From Promethearchaeota archaeon (GTDB taxonomy: Archaea > Asgardarchaeota > Lokiarchaeia > Sigyniarchaeales > SOKP01): DNA of 64,000 nt. Below are positions 1-10,071 of this stretch, one piece after another. The first letter of the stretch is position 1. Each line of letters starts with the position of its first letter. Made by a program: the position numbers and the translations under genes. Below the pieces are notes generated by a model that was given only the letters and a program-made list of their open reading frames with translations, was not told where the DNA came from and searched no databases. The stretch lies in the NCBI GenBank assembly GCA_048941265.1, contig JBHLNT010000005.1, forward strand, positions 10,701 through 74,700, read 5' to 3'.

Positions 1-583
1 TAGCTCCACAATAATTACAGAACTTCAAATTCTTGATAAAAAATTCGCCACAACTTTTACAATATTGAAGATTTTGCTTAATAATTTCCTTAGATACGTT
101 TAAAAATGCATTTTCGACGTTTTCACCAGTTTTTGATGATGTTTCAATAGGATCTCCTAAGCAATTAAATTTCTGGCTTACCTTTTGAGCTTCTGCGCGG
201 GATATTACTCTCTGGCCTTTTAAATCAATTTTGGTACCAATTAAAATCTTGATTACTTTTTCAATTGCATTTTTATCAATTATTTTTACCCAATTTTTAA
301 CATCATCTAATGATTCTTTATTAGTAATATCATATAATATCAGAGCTGCGGAAGCACCATTACAATAAGAAGGAAAGAGTGTTCTATACTTTTCCTCTCC
401 ACCAAAATCCCAGATATGTAATTCAATACTGATTTTGTCATTTATATCAACTTTCTTTCTTTTAAAAGCCACACCTATTGTTGACATAGTTTTTTCATGG
501 AAAACATTATCACAGAATCGTGCGATTAACGAACTTTTCCCAACGTCTTTTGTTCCAGCAAGAACGATTTTGTATTTTAACAT
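1..583 (-). CDS. Rab-like small GTPase with C-terminal zinc ribbon (3' end runs off the window; absent from ORF track)
   Basis: Manual translation from ATG at 583: MLKYKIVLAGTKDVGKSSL (G1), STIG (G2), WDFGGE (G3), GTKID (G4), TSSKTG (G5), then CKSC...CNYC. Paralog of 6360-6950. Confidence 0.92.
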   Translation of the reverse strand, partial: MLKYKIVLAGTKDVGKSSLIARFCDNVFHEKTMSTIGVAFKRKKVDINDKISIELHIWDFGGEEKYRTLFPSYCNGASAALILYDITNKESLDDVKNWVKIIDKNAIEKVIKILIGTKIDLKGQRVISRAEAQKVSQKFNCLGDPIETSSKTGENVENAFLNVSKEIIKQNLQYCKSCGEFFIKNLKFCNYCGA

Positions 584-733
584 TTTTCGGTATATTCTTA
601 TGTTAAGTTAATTAGAGATGATAATTATATAAAAACTTTTCATAATAATGAGGTGAAAAATTTTCCGTTTAAATTTTAAAATATCAAAAGAAAAGCATAA
701 CTATTTTGTAAAATTAGTCGTTGTATTACCTTT

Positions 734-1309
734 CTAAATCTGTTGAGGATAACTTTGTAAATAATCCTCCACAAATAATTCCATCATTACTTCGTCATAG
801 TAGGTCGCATCCATATAGAACTGTTTTTTTCTTACTCCAACTACCCTGAATCCTATCTTTTTGTAAAGGTGCAGAGCACGCTCGTTATTTGAAAAGCAGC
901 TTAATATGATTTTTTCTTTGTTATTTAGTTTTTTAGATTCACGTACAGCCATATCTATTAACTGCTTCCCAAGACCTAGATCCCGATATTCTTCTGAAAT
1001 AATGATTCCAAGACTTCCTACATGCGTCGCTGCTTCCCATTCTAAATTTGAAATTTCACATTGTCCTATAATATTGTAGGGAGATTTAAGATTAGTGATT
1101 TCTGCGACAATACAAATTTCGTGTTCCCGTTTAATGTTATCATACCAAGAATTTTTTTCAACTTCGGTTCTAACGGGGGTGAATACTGGAAGGTATGTGC
1201 CCTCTTCTAATACTTCGTTAAAATTTTTCCAAATACCATCTAAATCCGATTTTTTGACATGTCTTAAAATAACTGTTTGTCCTGTTTCTATTTCTATGAC
1301 TTTTTTCAT
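734..1309 (-). CDS. GNAT family N-acetyltransferase
   Basis: Motif A YRDLGLGKQL and NERALHLYKKIGF. Confidence 0.9.
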   Translation of the reverse strand: MKKVIEIETGQTVILRHVKKSDLDGIWKNFNEVLEEGTYLPVFTPVRTEVEKNSWYDNIKREHEICIVAEITNLKSPYNIIGQCEISNLEWEAATHVGSLGIIISEEYRDLGLGKQLIDMAVRESKKLNNKEKIILSCFSNNERALHLYKKIGFRVVGVRKKQFYMDATYYDEVMMELFVEDYLQSYPQQI

Positions 1310-1368
1310 TATTTAATTTATAGGTTTTATAATTAAAAATATATATTTCTAAAATTTATTCTATAATT

Positions 1369-1806
1369 ATGGAAAATGAAAAAGATGATACATCTAATAA
1401 CGATAAAGAAAATTTAGCTGATGTATTTAAAAAAGGCGCTCAAGATAAAAACAAAGCAGTTGCGAAAGACTTAGTTCAATTAAAACATGTGGAAACTAAA
1501 AAGCAAGAAGTAAGTCAGGAAACTAAGAAACTTGCAGATGCTTTAAAAGAACAAGGAGAGGATGATAAACTTTCAAACGATGAAATCACTATTCTCGAGT
1601 CATTTGTTGGCAAACGTTTATTCTTGAGAAGAATCGCGATTGTCGTTAATCAAAGCAGAATTCCTCTCGGGATTGAGCCATTTAAAAAAGAAGATTTAGA
1701 AAAATTGCTCGATCGCTTAATCCATCATGGTTATATAGATTTTGATATTGTTAATGATGAGCGAGTATATTTTCTAACTGAGAAAGGAAAGGAACATATT
1801 CAATAA
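1369..1806 (+). CDS. Hypothetical protein with C-terminal winged-helix domain
   Basis: Charged N-terminus; C-terminal LDRLIHHGYI...RVYFLTEKG resembles a wHTH wing. Confidence 0.6.
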   Translation: MENEKDDTSNNDKENLADVFKKGAQDKNKAVAKDLVQLKHVETKKQEVSQETKKLADALKEQGEDDKLSNDEITILESFVGKRLFLRRIAIVVNQSRIPLGIEPFKKEDLEKLLDRLIHHGYIDFDIVNDERVYFLTEKGKEHIQ

Positions 1807-1851
1807 AAATATAAAAAAGAAATATAACAACAAGATGAGTGATTCAACAAC

Positions 1852-2154
1852 TTAATCTTTCTTTAGAATCAACTTTTCTATAGGAATGTCCTGGTATTCC
1901 CCATCAGGAAGCTCTCGTCTTATTGTTAAAGGCAATATTCTTGATTTTAACTCCAATTGTGCAATTTTAATCGGATCAATCATATTTTTTGGTTTTTCTA
2001 CCAATATTGGTGCTCCAAAACTTATTTGTAATGCTCTGGCACCTACAATCCTAGCTTTTTCATACCGAGTTAAGAAGATTGTGCCAATTTTAACATACTG
2101 TTCTACTTCTTTATATTTTTTACGTAATTCTCGAGATTCTAAGAAGCTTGACAA
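1852..2154 (-). CDS. rpoK: DNA-directed RNA polymerase subunit K (Rpo6)
   Basis: [17 protein letters not shown]...PLTIRR signature. Confidence 0.97.
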   Translation of the reverse strand: MSSFLESRELRKKYKEVEQYVKIGTIFLTRYEKARIVGARALQISFGAPILVEKPKNMIDPIKIAQLELKSRILPLTIRRELPDGEYQDIPIEKLILKKD

Positions 2155-2271
2155 AGTGATTCAAACCTAAAAATAAGTAGTTAAAAACTGTAATAATGGA
2201 TTTGATTTAACTTTTTTGGTTTTCACTACGATTTCATGCCAAAAAATTAGGGTAAAAATTAAAAATAATAA

Positions 2272-2376
2272 TGCGCGAGGAGGGATTTGAACCCCCGACC
2301 ATCGAGATCTATATTTTTAGGAATATAGACTTACACGGTGTGAACGTGTCGTTATACCGAGCTAAACCACTCGCGC
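2272..2376 (-). tRNA. tRNA-Val(CAC) with a 31-nt intron (2301-2331) at position 44/45
   Basis: Reverse complement gives acceptor GCGCGAG/CTCGCGC+A, D arm, anticodon arm ACACG-TTCACAC-CGTGT and T arm GGGGG-TTCAAAT-CCCTC. Removing the BHB-flanked insert yields the standard variable loop AGGTC. Confidence 0.93.
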
Positions 2377-2637
2377 TTAAGAGATATATAAAACAATGTG
2401 CCATAAGAATTAAATCTTTCAGATCAGATCTCTTGAAATTGGGAGTGACATATTAAATTATTAAATTGTTATTAAAAATTTTTAAGAATTTAAATATTTT
2501 TTAAGTATTTTATAGACTCCGCCAATTTAAATAAGATAATAAGGTTAATTACTCAACAGGCCTATATAAAGTCGTTTTTGGTGATTTAAGTTTTAAAAAC
2601 TGAACATTATATCTCTCATCCGTTTATCAAAAAAGAT

Positions 2638-4965
2638 TTGGTTCTCAGAAGAGAATACCAAGAAAACATATTTATAAGTTGCTTAAATCACAATTGTTTA
2701 GTAGTTATTCCCACAGGTCTCGGTAAAACGATAATTGGTTTAATGCTAGCAGTACACAGATTAACAGAGAAACCAGAATCTAAAGTTATCTTTTTAGCTC
2801 CAACAAAACCTTTAGTTGAACAGCATTATAAATCATTTTTAGACCTAACTACTTTAACTCAGGAATCGCTGAAATGCATTACAGGCGCAACACAACCAGG
2901 AAAAAGAAAAGCATTATGGGAGGATTTGACGATTGCTTTCATGACTCCACAAGTTCTCCAAAATGACATAATTTCAAAAACTTATTCTATTCAAGATGTT
3001 TCGTTGATAATTTTTGATGAATGTCATAGAGCAGTGGGCGATTATGCTTATTGCTTTATTGCCAAAAAATATATTGATGACGCAGAATGCCCTCAGATAT
3101 TAGGTCTTACGGCCAGTCCAGGATCAACTAAAGAGAAAATTAATGAGATTAAAGAAAATTTATTTATCGATCACGTTGAAATTCGAACTGAGAATGATTC
3201 TGACGTACAACCATATATTCATAATGTGGATAATGAGTGGATAAAAATTAAACTTCCAAATGAATTTTTAGAAATAAACAAGATTCTAACAGAAAGTTTA
3301 AAAAATAACTACAAATGGCTAAAAGAAAATGATTTGATTGGATCTTATGATGTAAATAAAGTTAATCGGAAAGATCTATTGAAGATTAATAATCAGATAA
3401 ATCGCAGAATTTCATATGCAAGAGATGATAATGAAAAATTCCAAATGTTCACTGCTAAAAAATTAGCGGCTAATGCTATCAGATTATCCCATATGTCTGA
3501 ATTGATAGAGACGCAAGGCGTTAATGCGTTAAAAGATTATATTGAAAAAAATGAAGAAAAAATAAAGAGAAATAGTGCTAATAAATCTTTAAAAGAGTTA
3601 TTTTATGATAAGGATTTTAAGCGAGTAAAAAATTTAGTAGTTGAAATTCAATCAAAAGGTATTGTTCATCCCAAATTAGTAAAGTTAAAGGAATTATTGA
3701 CATCCCAATTAACTGAGAATAATAATTCTCGGATTTTAGTGTTCTGTCATTTTAGGGACTCTGTTAATAATATTGTAAGATTTTTTAAAGACGATGGTAT
3801 AATAAAAGCCCATAAATTTGTGGGTCAAGCTTCTAAAGGTACAGATAAAGGATTAACGCAAAAAGAGCAGATAAGTCTTCTTGAGGATTTTAAGGATGGT
3901 GTTTATAATACTCTAATCGGAACGAGTGTTGCTGAAGAAGGTCTTGATATAGCAGAATGCGATTTAGTAATTTTTTACGATGTTGTCCCCAGTGCAATAC
4001 GATCAATTCAACGTCGTGGTCGTACTGGAAGAAAGAAAGAGGGAAAAGTATATGTATTGATGGCAGAAGACACTAGAGATGAGGGATATTATTGGGCAGA
4101 AAAAGTTAAGGAAAGAAATATGAAGGAAAGTTTGAAAATGATAAAGAATGGTGAAAAAGAACCAGATTCTAAAAAGCAGAAAAATATTTTAAATTATGTT
4201 TTACCAGAAAAAAAAGAGAGCGCCCAAAATAACCATTTAGAAGAAGAAAATATCAAGATTGAGGTTGAGAGTGTTGAAGAGCTCGACTCGCCATCAATTA
4301 AAAAGATAGAAGATGCTAATAAGTTTATAATTATCTGTGATAACAGAGAAACCGCCTCGCCGGTTGTACGGATTCTATCTTTAATGGGAATAACTTTAAA
4401 ATTAGAGCAATTGCCTGTCGCGGATTATATAATCTCTGAAAGAGTAGGGATTGAAAGAAAGTCAGCACAAGATTTTAATGATTCTATAAAGGATGGTCGT
4501 TTATTTAATGAATTAATAGACTTGAAAAATAATTTTAAGCGAGCTATTCTAATTTTAGAGGGGAACCCATTTCATCATTCAAATATTAATGAAAATGCGC
4601 TATATGGAGCTATAACCTCTATTATTTTGAATTTAGGAATTACCATCTACAAGACTGAGAATCCAGAAGAAACTGCCACATTTTTGTTTCAATTAGCCAA
4701 AAAAGAACAAGTTGGAAATAAAACTCAAATGAAACTTAGGTTTGAAAAAGCTCCTCTTGAATTATCTCATCTATTAGAGTTTATTATTGCAGGAATTCCT
4801 GGAGTAAATTATTCCAGGGCTAAAAATTTATTAAGAGAATTTAAGACGCTGCAACAAATATTTAATTCAGATATTCCAGATTTAACAAAAGTTGATAATA
4901 TTGGCAAGAAAATTGCTCAGGAAATATATAAGATAAGCAGATATAAATACAAAACCAATACTTAG
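2638..4965 (+). CDS. hef: Hef (FANCM/XPF-like) DEAH helicase-ERCC4 nuclease; true start probably near 2590-2593
   Basis: PTGLGKT, DECH, TAS and QRRGRTGR helicase motifs; ERKS..D nuclease motif; C-terminal HhH (IPGV, NIGKK). Confidence 0.95.
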   Translation: MVLRREYQENIFISCLNHNCLVVIPTGLGKTIIGLMLAVHRLTEKPESKVIFLAPTKPLVEQHYKSFLDLTTLTQESLKCITGATQPGKRKALWEDLTIAFMTPQVLQNDIISKTYSIQDVSLIIFDECHRAVGDYAYCFIAKKYIDDAECPQILGLTASPGSTKEKINEIKENLFIDHVEIRTENDSDVQPYIHNVDNEWIKIKLPNEFLEINKILTESLKNNYKWLKENDLIGSYDVNKVNRKDLLKINNQINRRISYARDDNEKFQMFTAKKLAANAIRLSHMSELIETQGVNALKDYIEKNEEKIKRNSANKSLKELFYDKDFKRVKNLVVEIQSKGIVHPKLVKLKELLTSQLTENNNSRILVFCHFRDSVNNIVRFFKDDGIIKAHKFVGQASKGTDKGLTQKEQISLLEDFKDGVYNTLIGTSVAEEGLDIAECDLVIFYDVVPSAIRSIQRRGRTGRKKEGKVYVLMAEDTRDEGYYWAEKVKERNMKESLKMIKNGEKEPDSKKQKNILNYVLPEKKESAQNNHLEEENIKIEVESVEELDSPSIKKIEDANKFIIICDNRETASPVVRILSLMGITLKLEQLPVADYIISERVGIERKSAQDFNDSIKDGRLFNELIDLKNNFKRAILILEGNPFHHSNINENALYGAITSIILNLGITIYKTENPEETATFLFQLAKKEQVGNKTQMKLRFEKAPLELSHLLEFIIAGIPGVNYSRAKNLLREFKTLQQIFNSDIPDLTKVDNIGKKIAQEIYKISRYKYKTNT

Positions 4966-5060
4966 AATTTTATTTTCGCGTATTTATGCTTAGAGATTTC
5001 AACTATTTTATATAATAATAAAAATTATATGATTTCTTTCTGATTTATATTTGGAATATT

Positions 5061-6248
5061 ATGAAAGAAAGGATTTATAAATTTGACGAGTTTATTGATC
5101 GTAAGAATACTTGCTCAGTTAAATGGGATGGAACAGATAAATTCTTTCACAGAAAGGGCTTATTATCGATGTGGGTGGCAGATATGGATTTTCTTTCACC
5201 TCGTCCCATTATTGATGCAATCATTCGCCGAGCAGAACATGGCGTATTCGGGTATATTTTTCTCAGTTCTCGATATTATGAGGCTGTAATAAATTGGTTT
5301 CAACGGCGTCATAATTGGATGTTAGATAAAAGGTGGATATATTATTCACCTGGAGTTCTCCCTGGAATAAGTTTTGCGGTACAAGCGTTCAGTAACCCAG
5401 GAGATAAAATTATTATTCAAAATCCCATATACACCCCATTTTACCATATTATTAAAAATAATAGTCGTAAACGATTATTAAATCCTTTAAAATTTTCTAA
5501 TGGACGGTATGAGATGGATTTTAAAGATTTAAATATAAAAGCAAGGCATCCTCGTGCAAAACTCATGATTTTATGTAATCCACATAACCCAACAGGGAGA
5601 GTTTGGACGAGAGAAGAATTAACTGTCCTTGGAGAAATTTGCCTAGAGAATCATATACTAGTCATTGCTGATGAAATTCACTGCGATTTAGTCTATCCCG
5701 GATATAAATATGTGCCATTTGCCTCGATTTCCAGAGAATTCGCCCAGAATTCAGTAACATGTAATTCTCCAAGCAAGACCTTTAATTTACCTAGTTTAAA
5801 AATTGCTAATGTAATTATTCCAAACGCTCAATTACGAACTAATTTTAATAAAATTAGACAAAGTCATCATATTACTGTCCCAAATTGTTTTGCTTCAGCT
5901 GCGTTAGAAGCGGCCTATAATGAGTGTGAAGATTGGGTGGATGATCTTATGTTATACATAAAAGAGAATCTGGAATTTTTGAAAAATTTCATTAAAGAAC
6001 ATATTCCAGAAATTAAGGTTATTCAACCAGAAGGCACTTATTTGGTGTGGCTTGATTTCCGAGAATTAGGATTCGAAAGCAAAGAATTAACTGAGTTATT
6101 ATTTGGTAAGGCAAAAGTAGCGTTGTGGGAGGGATATCTTTTTGGAAGTGGGGGCAAGGGATTTGAACGTATAAATATTGCTTGTCCACGCTCTATTTTA
6201 AAAGAAGGACTCAATAGAATTGCGACTGCTATAAAAAATTCAAAATAA
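5061..6248 (+). CDS. MalY/PatB family PLP-dependent C-S lyase/aminotransferase
   Basis: MWVADMDF, LCNPHNPTG, DEIH, SPSKTFN. Confidence 0.93.
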   Translation: MKERIYKFDEFIDRKNTCSVKWDGTDKFFHRKGLLSMWVADMDFLSPRPIIDAIIRRAEHGVFGYIFLSSRYYEAVINWFQRRHNWMLDKRWIYYSPGVLPGISFAVQAFSNPGDKIIIQNPIYTPFYHIIKNNSRKRLLNPLKFSNGRYEMDFKDLNIKARHPRAKLMILCNPHNPTGRVWTREELTVLGEICLENHILVIADEIHCDLVYPGYKYVPFASISREFAQNSVTCNSPSKTFNLPSLKIANVIIPNAQLRTNFNKIRQSHHITVPNCFASAALEAAYNECEDWVDDLMLYIKENLEFLKNFIKEHIPEIKVIQPEGTYLVWLDFRELGFESKELTELLFGKAKVALWEGYLFGSGGKGFERINIACPRSILKEGLNRIATAIKNSK

Positions 6249-6359
6249 AATTTCAAAGTATATTTTAAATAAATAAATATTTTTAAGCATAATAACTATA
6301 AAATAATATAATCGAATTTAATTCATACAATAGAGTATTTTCTGAGAGTAAATTTTTTA

Positions 6360-6950
6360 ATGATAAAATTTAAAGTGGTAATAGCTGGTCAGAAGGATGT
6401 AGGGAAAACTTCACTCCTTCGCAGGTATGCAACTGGTAAATTCGATACTTCTACGCTTAGTACGATTGGTGTGGATTTTGAGACAAAAAAAATTATAGTG
6501 GATGATGTAGAAATCCTACTCAATCTTTGGGATTTTGCGGGAGAAAAAAAATTTAGAACTCTTTTTCCCTCCTATGTTTCTGGGGCTTCAGGGGCTCTGA
6601 TATTGTATGATATTACCAGCAAAGATTCTCTTTATGATCTTGAAAGTTGGATGGATGTTATTGATAATGTTCAAAATCCTCCTAGAACAAGGATATTGAT
6701 TGAACATAAAATAGATTTAGAAGACCAACGGGAAGTGACCAGAAAGGAAGCAAAGAAATTTCATAAAAAATTTAATTATCAAGGAGAAATTTTAAGTGCT
6801 TCAGCAAAAACTGGAGAAAATGTGGAAAATGTATTTGTCACATTAGGAAAAGAGATTCTGAAAAATTCTTTACGCAAATGCCCCAATTGTGGAAAACATT
6901 TTCCTATTGAACTTAAGTTTTGTCAATATTGCGGAACAAAAACTTATTAA
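6360..6950 (+). CDS. Rab-like small GTPase with C-terminal zinc ribbon
   Basis: GQKDVGKTS, STIGVDF, WDFAGE, HKID, SAKTG; CPNC...CQYC tail. Confidence 0.93.
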   Translation: MIKFKVVIAGQKDVGKTSLLRRYATGKFDTSTLSTIGVDFETKKIIVDDVEILLNLWDFAGEKKFRTLFPSYVSGASGALILYDITSKDSLYDLESWMDVIDNVQNPPRTRILIEHKIDLEDQREVTRKEAKKFHKKFNYQGEILSASAKTGENVENVFVTLGKEILKNSLRKCPNCGKHFPIELKFCQYCGTKTY

Positions 6951-7116
6951 CTTGATTAAACTTTTATATTAATTTAAAGACTTTCTAGACTTTTTTTTGA
7001 AATACAACCTCAAATTAAGTTCAATTAAAACTGAAATTTTTAAAAAAAAATATATCTTAAAGAGAATTTATTTACAAAAAAAGGAAGTTAATATCCTAAA
7101 TTTAAAGGTTTTAAGA

Positions 7117-8181
7117 TTGAATTACGAAATTTCTCAAGATGTAGACGAAATCATAAATAGAATTGAAAAAGAAAATATCTCATTTAGAGATAAAACAGTA
7201 TTAGTTACCGGTGGTGCAGGATTTCTCGGCTCATGGACGTGTGATGTTTTAGTGAAGCAAGGAGCTTACTGCATTTGTATAGATAATTTATCCTCAGGGA
7301 GATTTGAAAATATTACCCATCTAATGGATTCATCGAATTTCAGATTTGTTAATCACGATATTTCAGTCCCGATATATTTTGGTTTAACCCATCATCCAAA
7401 AGGTATTTGCGTAGGAGATATTAAAAAGGTTGATATGGTCATGCATATGGCAAGTAGAGCTTCACCCTTTGAATTTGAAAAATATCCAATTCCCATATTA
7501 AAGAGTAATACGCTTGGTACTATGAATGCCTTAGGGATTGCTAAGGCGCACAATTCGCTATTTTTCTATACAAGCACTTCAGAAGTATATGGCAATCCTC
7601 CTGATGATGTTGTACCAACTCCAGAAACATATTTTGGGCACGTGAATCCCGTAGGTCCTCGTAGTTGCTACGACGAGTCAAAAAGGGCAGGAGAAGCTTT
7701 TGTGAAAGCATATGAGCTTCAACATGATATTAAAACTAAAATAGTTAGAATTTTTAATACTTCTGGCCCAAGAATCCGTTCTGGTCCTGAATTTGGGAGA
7801 GTAATTCCCAATTTTATTCACCAAGCTCTCAATGACCAGAATATAACCGTTTTTGGAGATGGATCTCAGACTCGCTCATTTACCTATGTTGTTGATGAAA
7901 TCGAAGGTTTTTTGAAAATGGTTCATAAAAAAGAGGCGCTCGGGGAAGTTATCAATTTAGGAAATGATAAAGAATTTACCATATTAGAATTAGCAAATAT
8001 TATAATTGAATTGACAAATTCTCAATCAAAAGTTGTATATAAACCTCTTCCCATAGACGATCCCGTAAGAAGGTGTCCTGATTTGAAAAAAGCAAAAGAA
8101 ATTTTGAATTGGGAGCCAACTACTACGTTAAAAGAAGGTCTGAAAAAAACGATTGCATGGTTTAAAAGTAATGAACAGTAA
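7117..8181 (+). CDS. UDP-glucuronate decarboxylase-like NAD-dependent epimerase/dehydratase (likely TTG start at 7117)
   Basis: TGGAGFLG, STSEVYG, YDESK, DDP.RRCPD motifs. Confidence 0.9.
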   Translation: MNYEISQDVDEIINRIEKENISFRDKTVLVTGGAGFLGSWTCDVLVKQGAYCICIDNLSSGRFENITHLMDSSNFRFVNHDISVPIYFGLTHHPKGICVGDIKKVDMVMHMASRASPFEFEKYPIPILKSNTLGTMNALGIAKAHNSLFFYTSTSEVYGNPPDDVVPTPETYFGHVNPVGPRSCYDESKRAGEAFVKAYELQHDIKTKIVRIFNTSGPRIRSGPEFGRVIPNFIHQALNDQNITVFGDGSQTRSFTYVVDEIEGFLKMVHKKEALGEVINLGNDKEFTILELANIIIELTNSQSKVVYKPLPIDDPVRRCPDLKKAKEILNWEPTTTLKEGLKKTIAWFKSNEQ

Positions 8182-8698
8182 AGTGAATCATAAAGAAAAA
8201 TCCGAAATAGAATTAGCCAGCATACAATTTGAACGGCTTTTAAGATTTTCATTAATTTGTGGAATTTTAATTGTATCTGGATTTATAGTTTATTATATAA
8301 TGACTCCTGAGGAGGGCTATATTGGATTTGGAATTTTAAATAAAGATGAACGAGCAGAGGATTATCCTACTACAGCAAAAGTGAATGAATCAATTGGCTT
8401 TTATGTGACTGTTGAAAACGAATTAGATCACGATTTTACCTTTAAAGTTATAATATTTTTAGGAAATAAAGATACAAAACTAACTCCTGACGAGGGTTCA
8501 AAACACGCAAATAAAACGTCTACTACGGATAAAGAAACCTTAAAACCAAGTGAGGATTGGATGTCGAAAAAATTATATGTGAAATTTCCATATAACGGCA
8601 CAGATCAAATTTTAATAGTAGAATTATGGAAATACAATGAAGATAATAGTAGGGAATTTTGGGATATCCTCTGGTTGCGAATAGATGTTTATAGCTAA
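8171..8698 (+). CDS. DUF1616-like membrane-anchored protein
   Basis: One TM helix, then E...FGILN....AEDYPT and a terminal LWL.I.V; start overlaps the epimerase stop. Confidence 0.7.
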   Translation: MNSKVNHKEKSEIELASIQFERLLRFSLICGILIVSGFIVYYIMTPEEGYIGFGILNKDERAEDYPTTAKVNESIGFYVTVENELDHDFTFKVIIFLGNKDTKLTPDEGSKHANKTSTTDKETLKPSEDWMSKKLYVKFPYNGTDQILIVELWKYNEDNSREFWDILWLRIDVYS

Positions 8699-10071
8699 TT
8701 TGCAGCCCCGATAATCTGAACATCTTTTATTTTAACGTATGGAGCTTTATATCGACCATATGTTTTATATTGCTTGGAAACTGCATCAAGATTTTTGAAT
8801 AGATCGAAAAGATTTATTCCGAACATAGTTTCATTTAAAGGTTCTTTAATTTCTCCGTTCTCAATTAAATTGCCTTGAAGAATTAAACCCGAAAAATCGC
8901 CTGTCGTAATATTGGGGCTGTCTCCAGTATATTCTAAAATTATCCCTTTTTTCACATCACTGATAATTTCTTCTTGCGTAAAATCTCCCGGTTTCATAAT
9001 AAAATTTGAAATTCCGATTGAAGGAACAGAACTATAAGAGCTTCGTACTGCATTTCCAGTACTTTCAATCCCTTCTTTACCTGCAGTATAGCTATTATGT
9101 AGTAAACCATCTTGCAAAAATTTTCCTCGTTCTACAATTTTTTTATTTTTACACGGTACCCCTTCAGCATCAAATGGAGAAGAGCCCAGAGCACCGTCTA
9201 TTAGAGCATTATCTTCAATATTCAGATGTTCTGCAGCAATAATTTCATTTCTTTTACCAATAAGAAAGCTTCTTTTATATTGAAAAGTTTCAGCGTTAAT
9301 AGCGGAGGCTAGTGGATTCAATATAAAGCTAATAGTGCCATTCGGGGTTAATATTAGTGGAACTTTCATATTTTTAACTTTAATCCTATTTAAGTTCTTT
9401 TTCGCTTTTTCCAATGCGTTTTTTGCAATTTCTGTGGCGTTAATATTATTTAAATTGCGGGAAGACTGCCAATCAAATCCAAATGAAGTCTCCTTACTTA
9501 CTTTATCTTTAACAATAATATTAGAACTTACTGAACATGATGTTACTTTTCCACTTACTTCAATTCCATTAGAATTAAACACAAACACTTTAGAATAACT
9601 TGATGTGAACTCAGCGGATTGAGAGATGGCTAATTCATCTTCTTTGCATACATCAATTAAATCCTTGGCATATCCTAAAGATTCTTCAATTTCTATAATT
9701 TTCAATTTAATATCAAATAAATCATTTACACTTGGATATTTTTCGTATGAATCTGGTAAATTTTTAAAGTCTGAATCCCCCGTGCCGGCATTCATCATCC
9801 CGAGGGCGTTTGATATCATTTTTTCCATCGATTTCTTTTCTAAATTATTTGTATAGGCAAAGCCAAGCGAGCCTCGTTTATCAATAGCCCTAATTGAAGC
9901 TCCTAGCGAACTTCCTATCTCACTATTTTTAACGGAGTTTTCTTCGATTTCTATACTAATGAATTTGTTTTTACCGAAATAGATATCAGCACATTTTAGA
10001 TTACTGTTATTTTTTTCGGCAAATTTCAAAGCAAAATTTGAAAGATTATAAAAATCGGGTTTGTTTTGCAT
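8695..10071 (-). CDS. pmbA: TldE/PmbA family protein
   Basis: FDAEGVP, STGNA, TGDFS motifs; lacks HExxxH; directly follows tldD. Confidence 0.88.
   Translation of the reverse strand: MQNKPDFYNLSNFALKFAEKNNSNLKCADIYFGKNKFISIEIEENSVKNSEIGSSLGASIRAIDKRGSLGFAYTNNLEKKSMEKMISNALGMMNAGTGDSDFKNLPDSYEKYPSVNDLFDIKLKIIEIEESLGYAKDLIDVCKEDELAISQSAEFTSSYSKVFVFNSNGIEVSGKVTSCSVSSNIIVKDKVSKETSFGFDWQSSRNLNNINATEIAKNALEKAKKNLNRIKVKNMKVPLILTPNGTISFILNPLASAINAETFQYKRSFLIGKRNEIIAAEHLNIEDNALIDGALGSSPFDAEGVPCKNKKIVERGKFLQDGLLHNSYTAGKEGIESTGNAVRSSYSSVPSIGISNFIMKPGDFTQEEIISDVKKGIILEYTGDSPNITTGDFSGLILQGNLIENGEIKEPLNETMFGINLFDLFKNLDAVSKQYKTYGRYKAPYVKIKDVQIIGAAN

Noticed and set aside
2271-2456. 61-aa + strand ORF
   Set aside because: Antisense shadow of tRNA-Val.
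7360-7430. Extra loop in the epimerase with a TTTTGG/CCAAAA hairpin as a possible in-frame intron
   Set aside because: No 4-bp central helix with two bulges could be formed and there is no stop codon; probably a protein loop.
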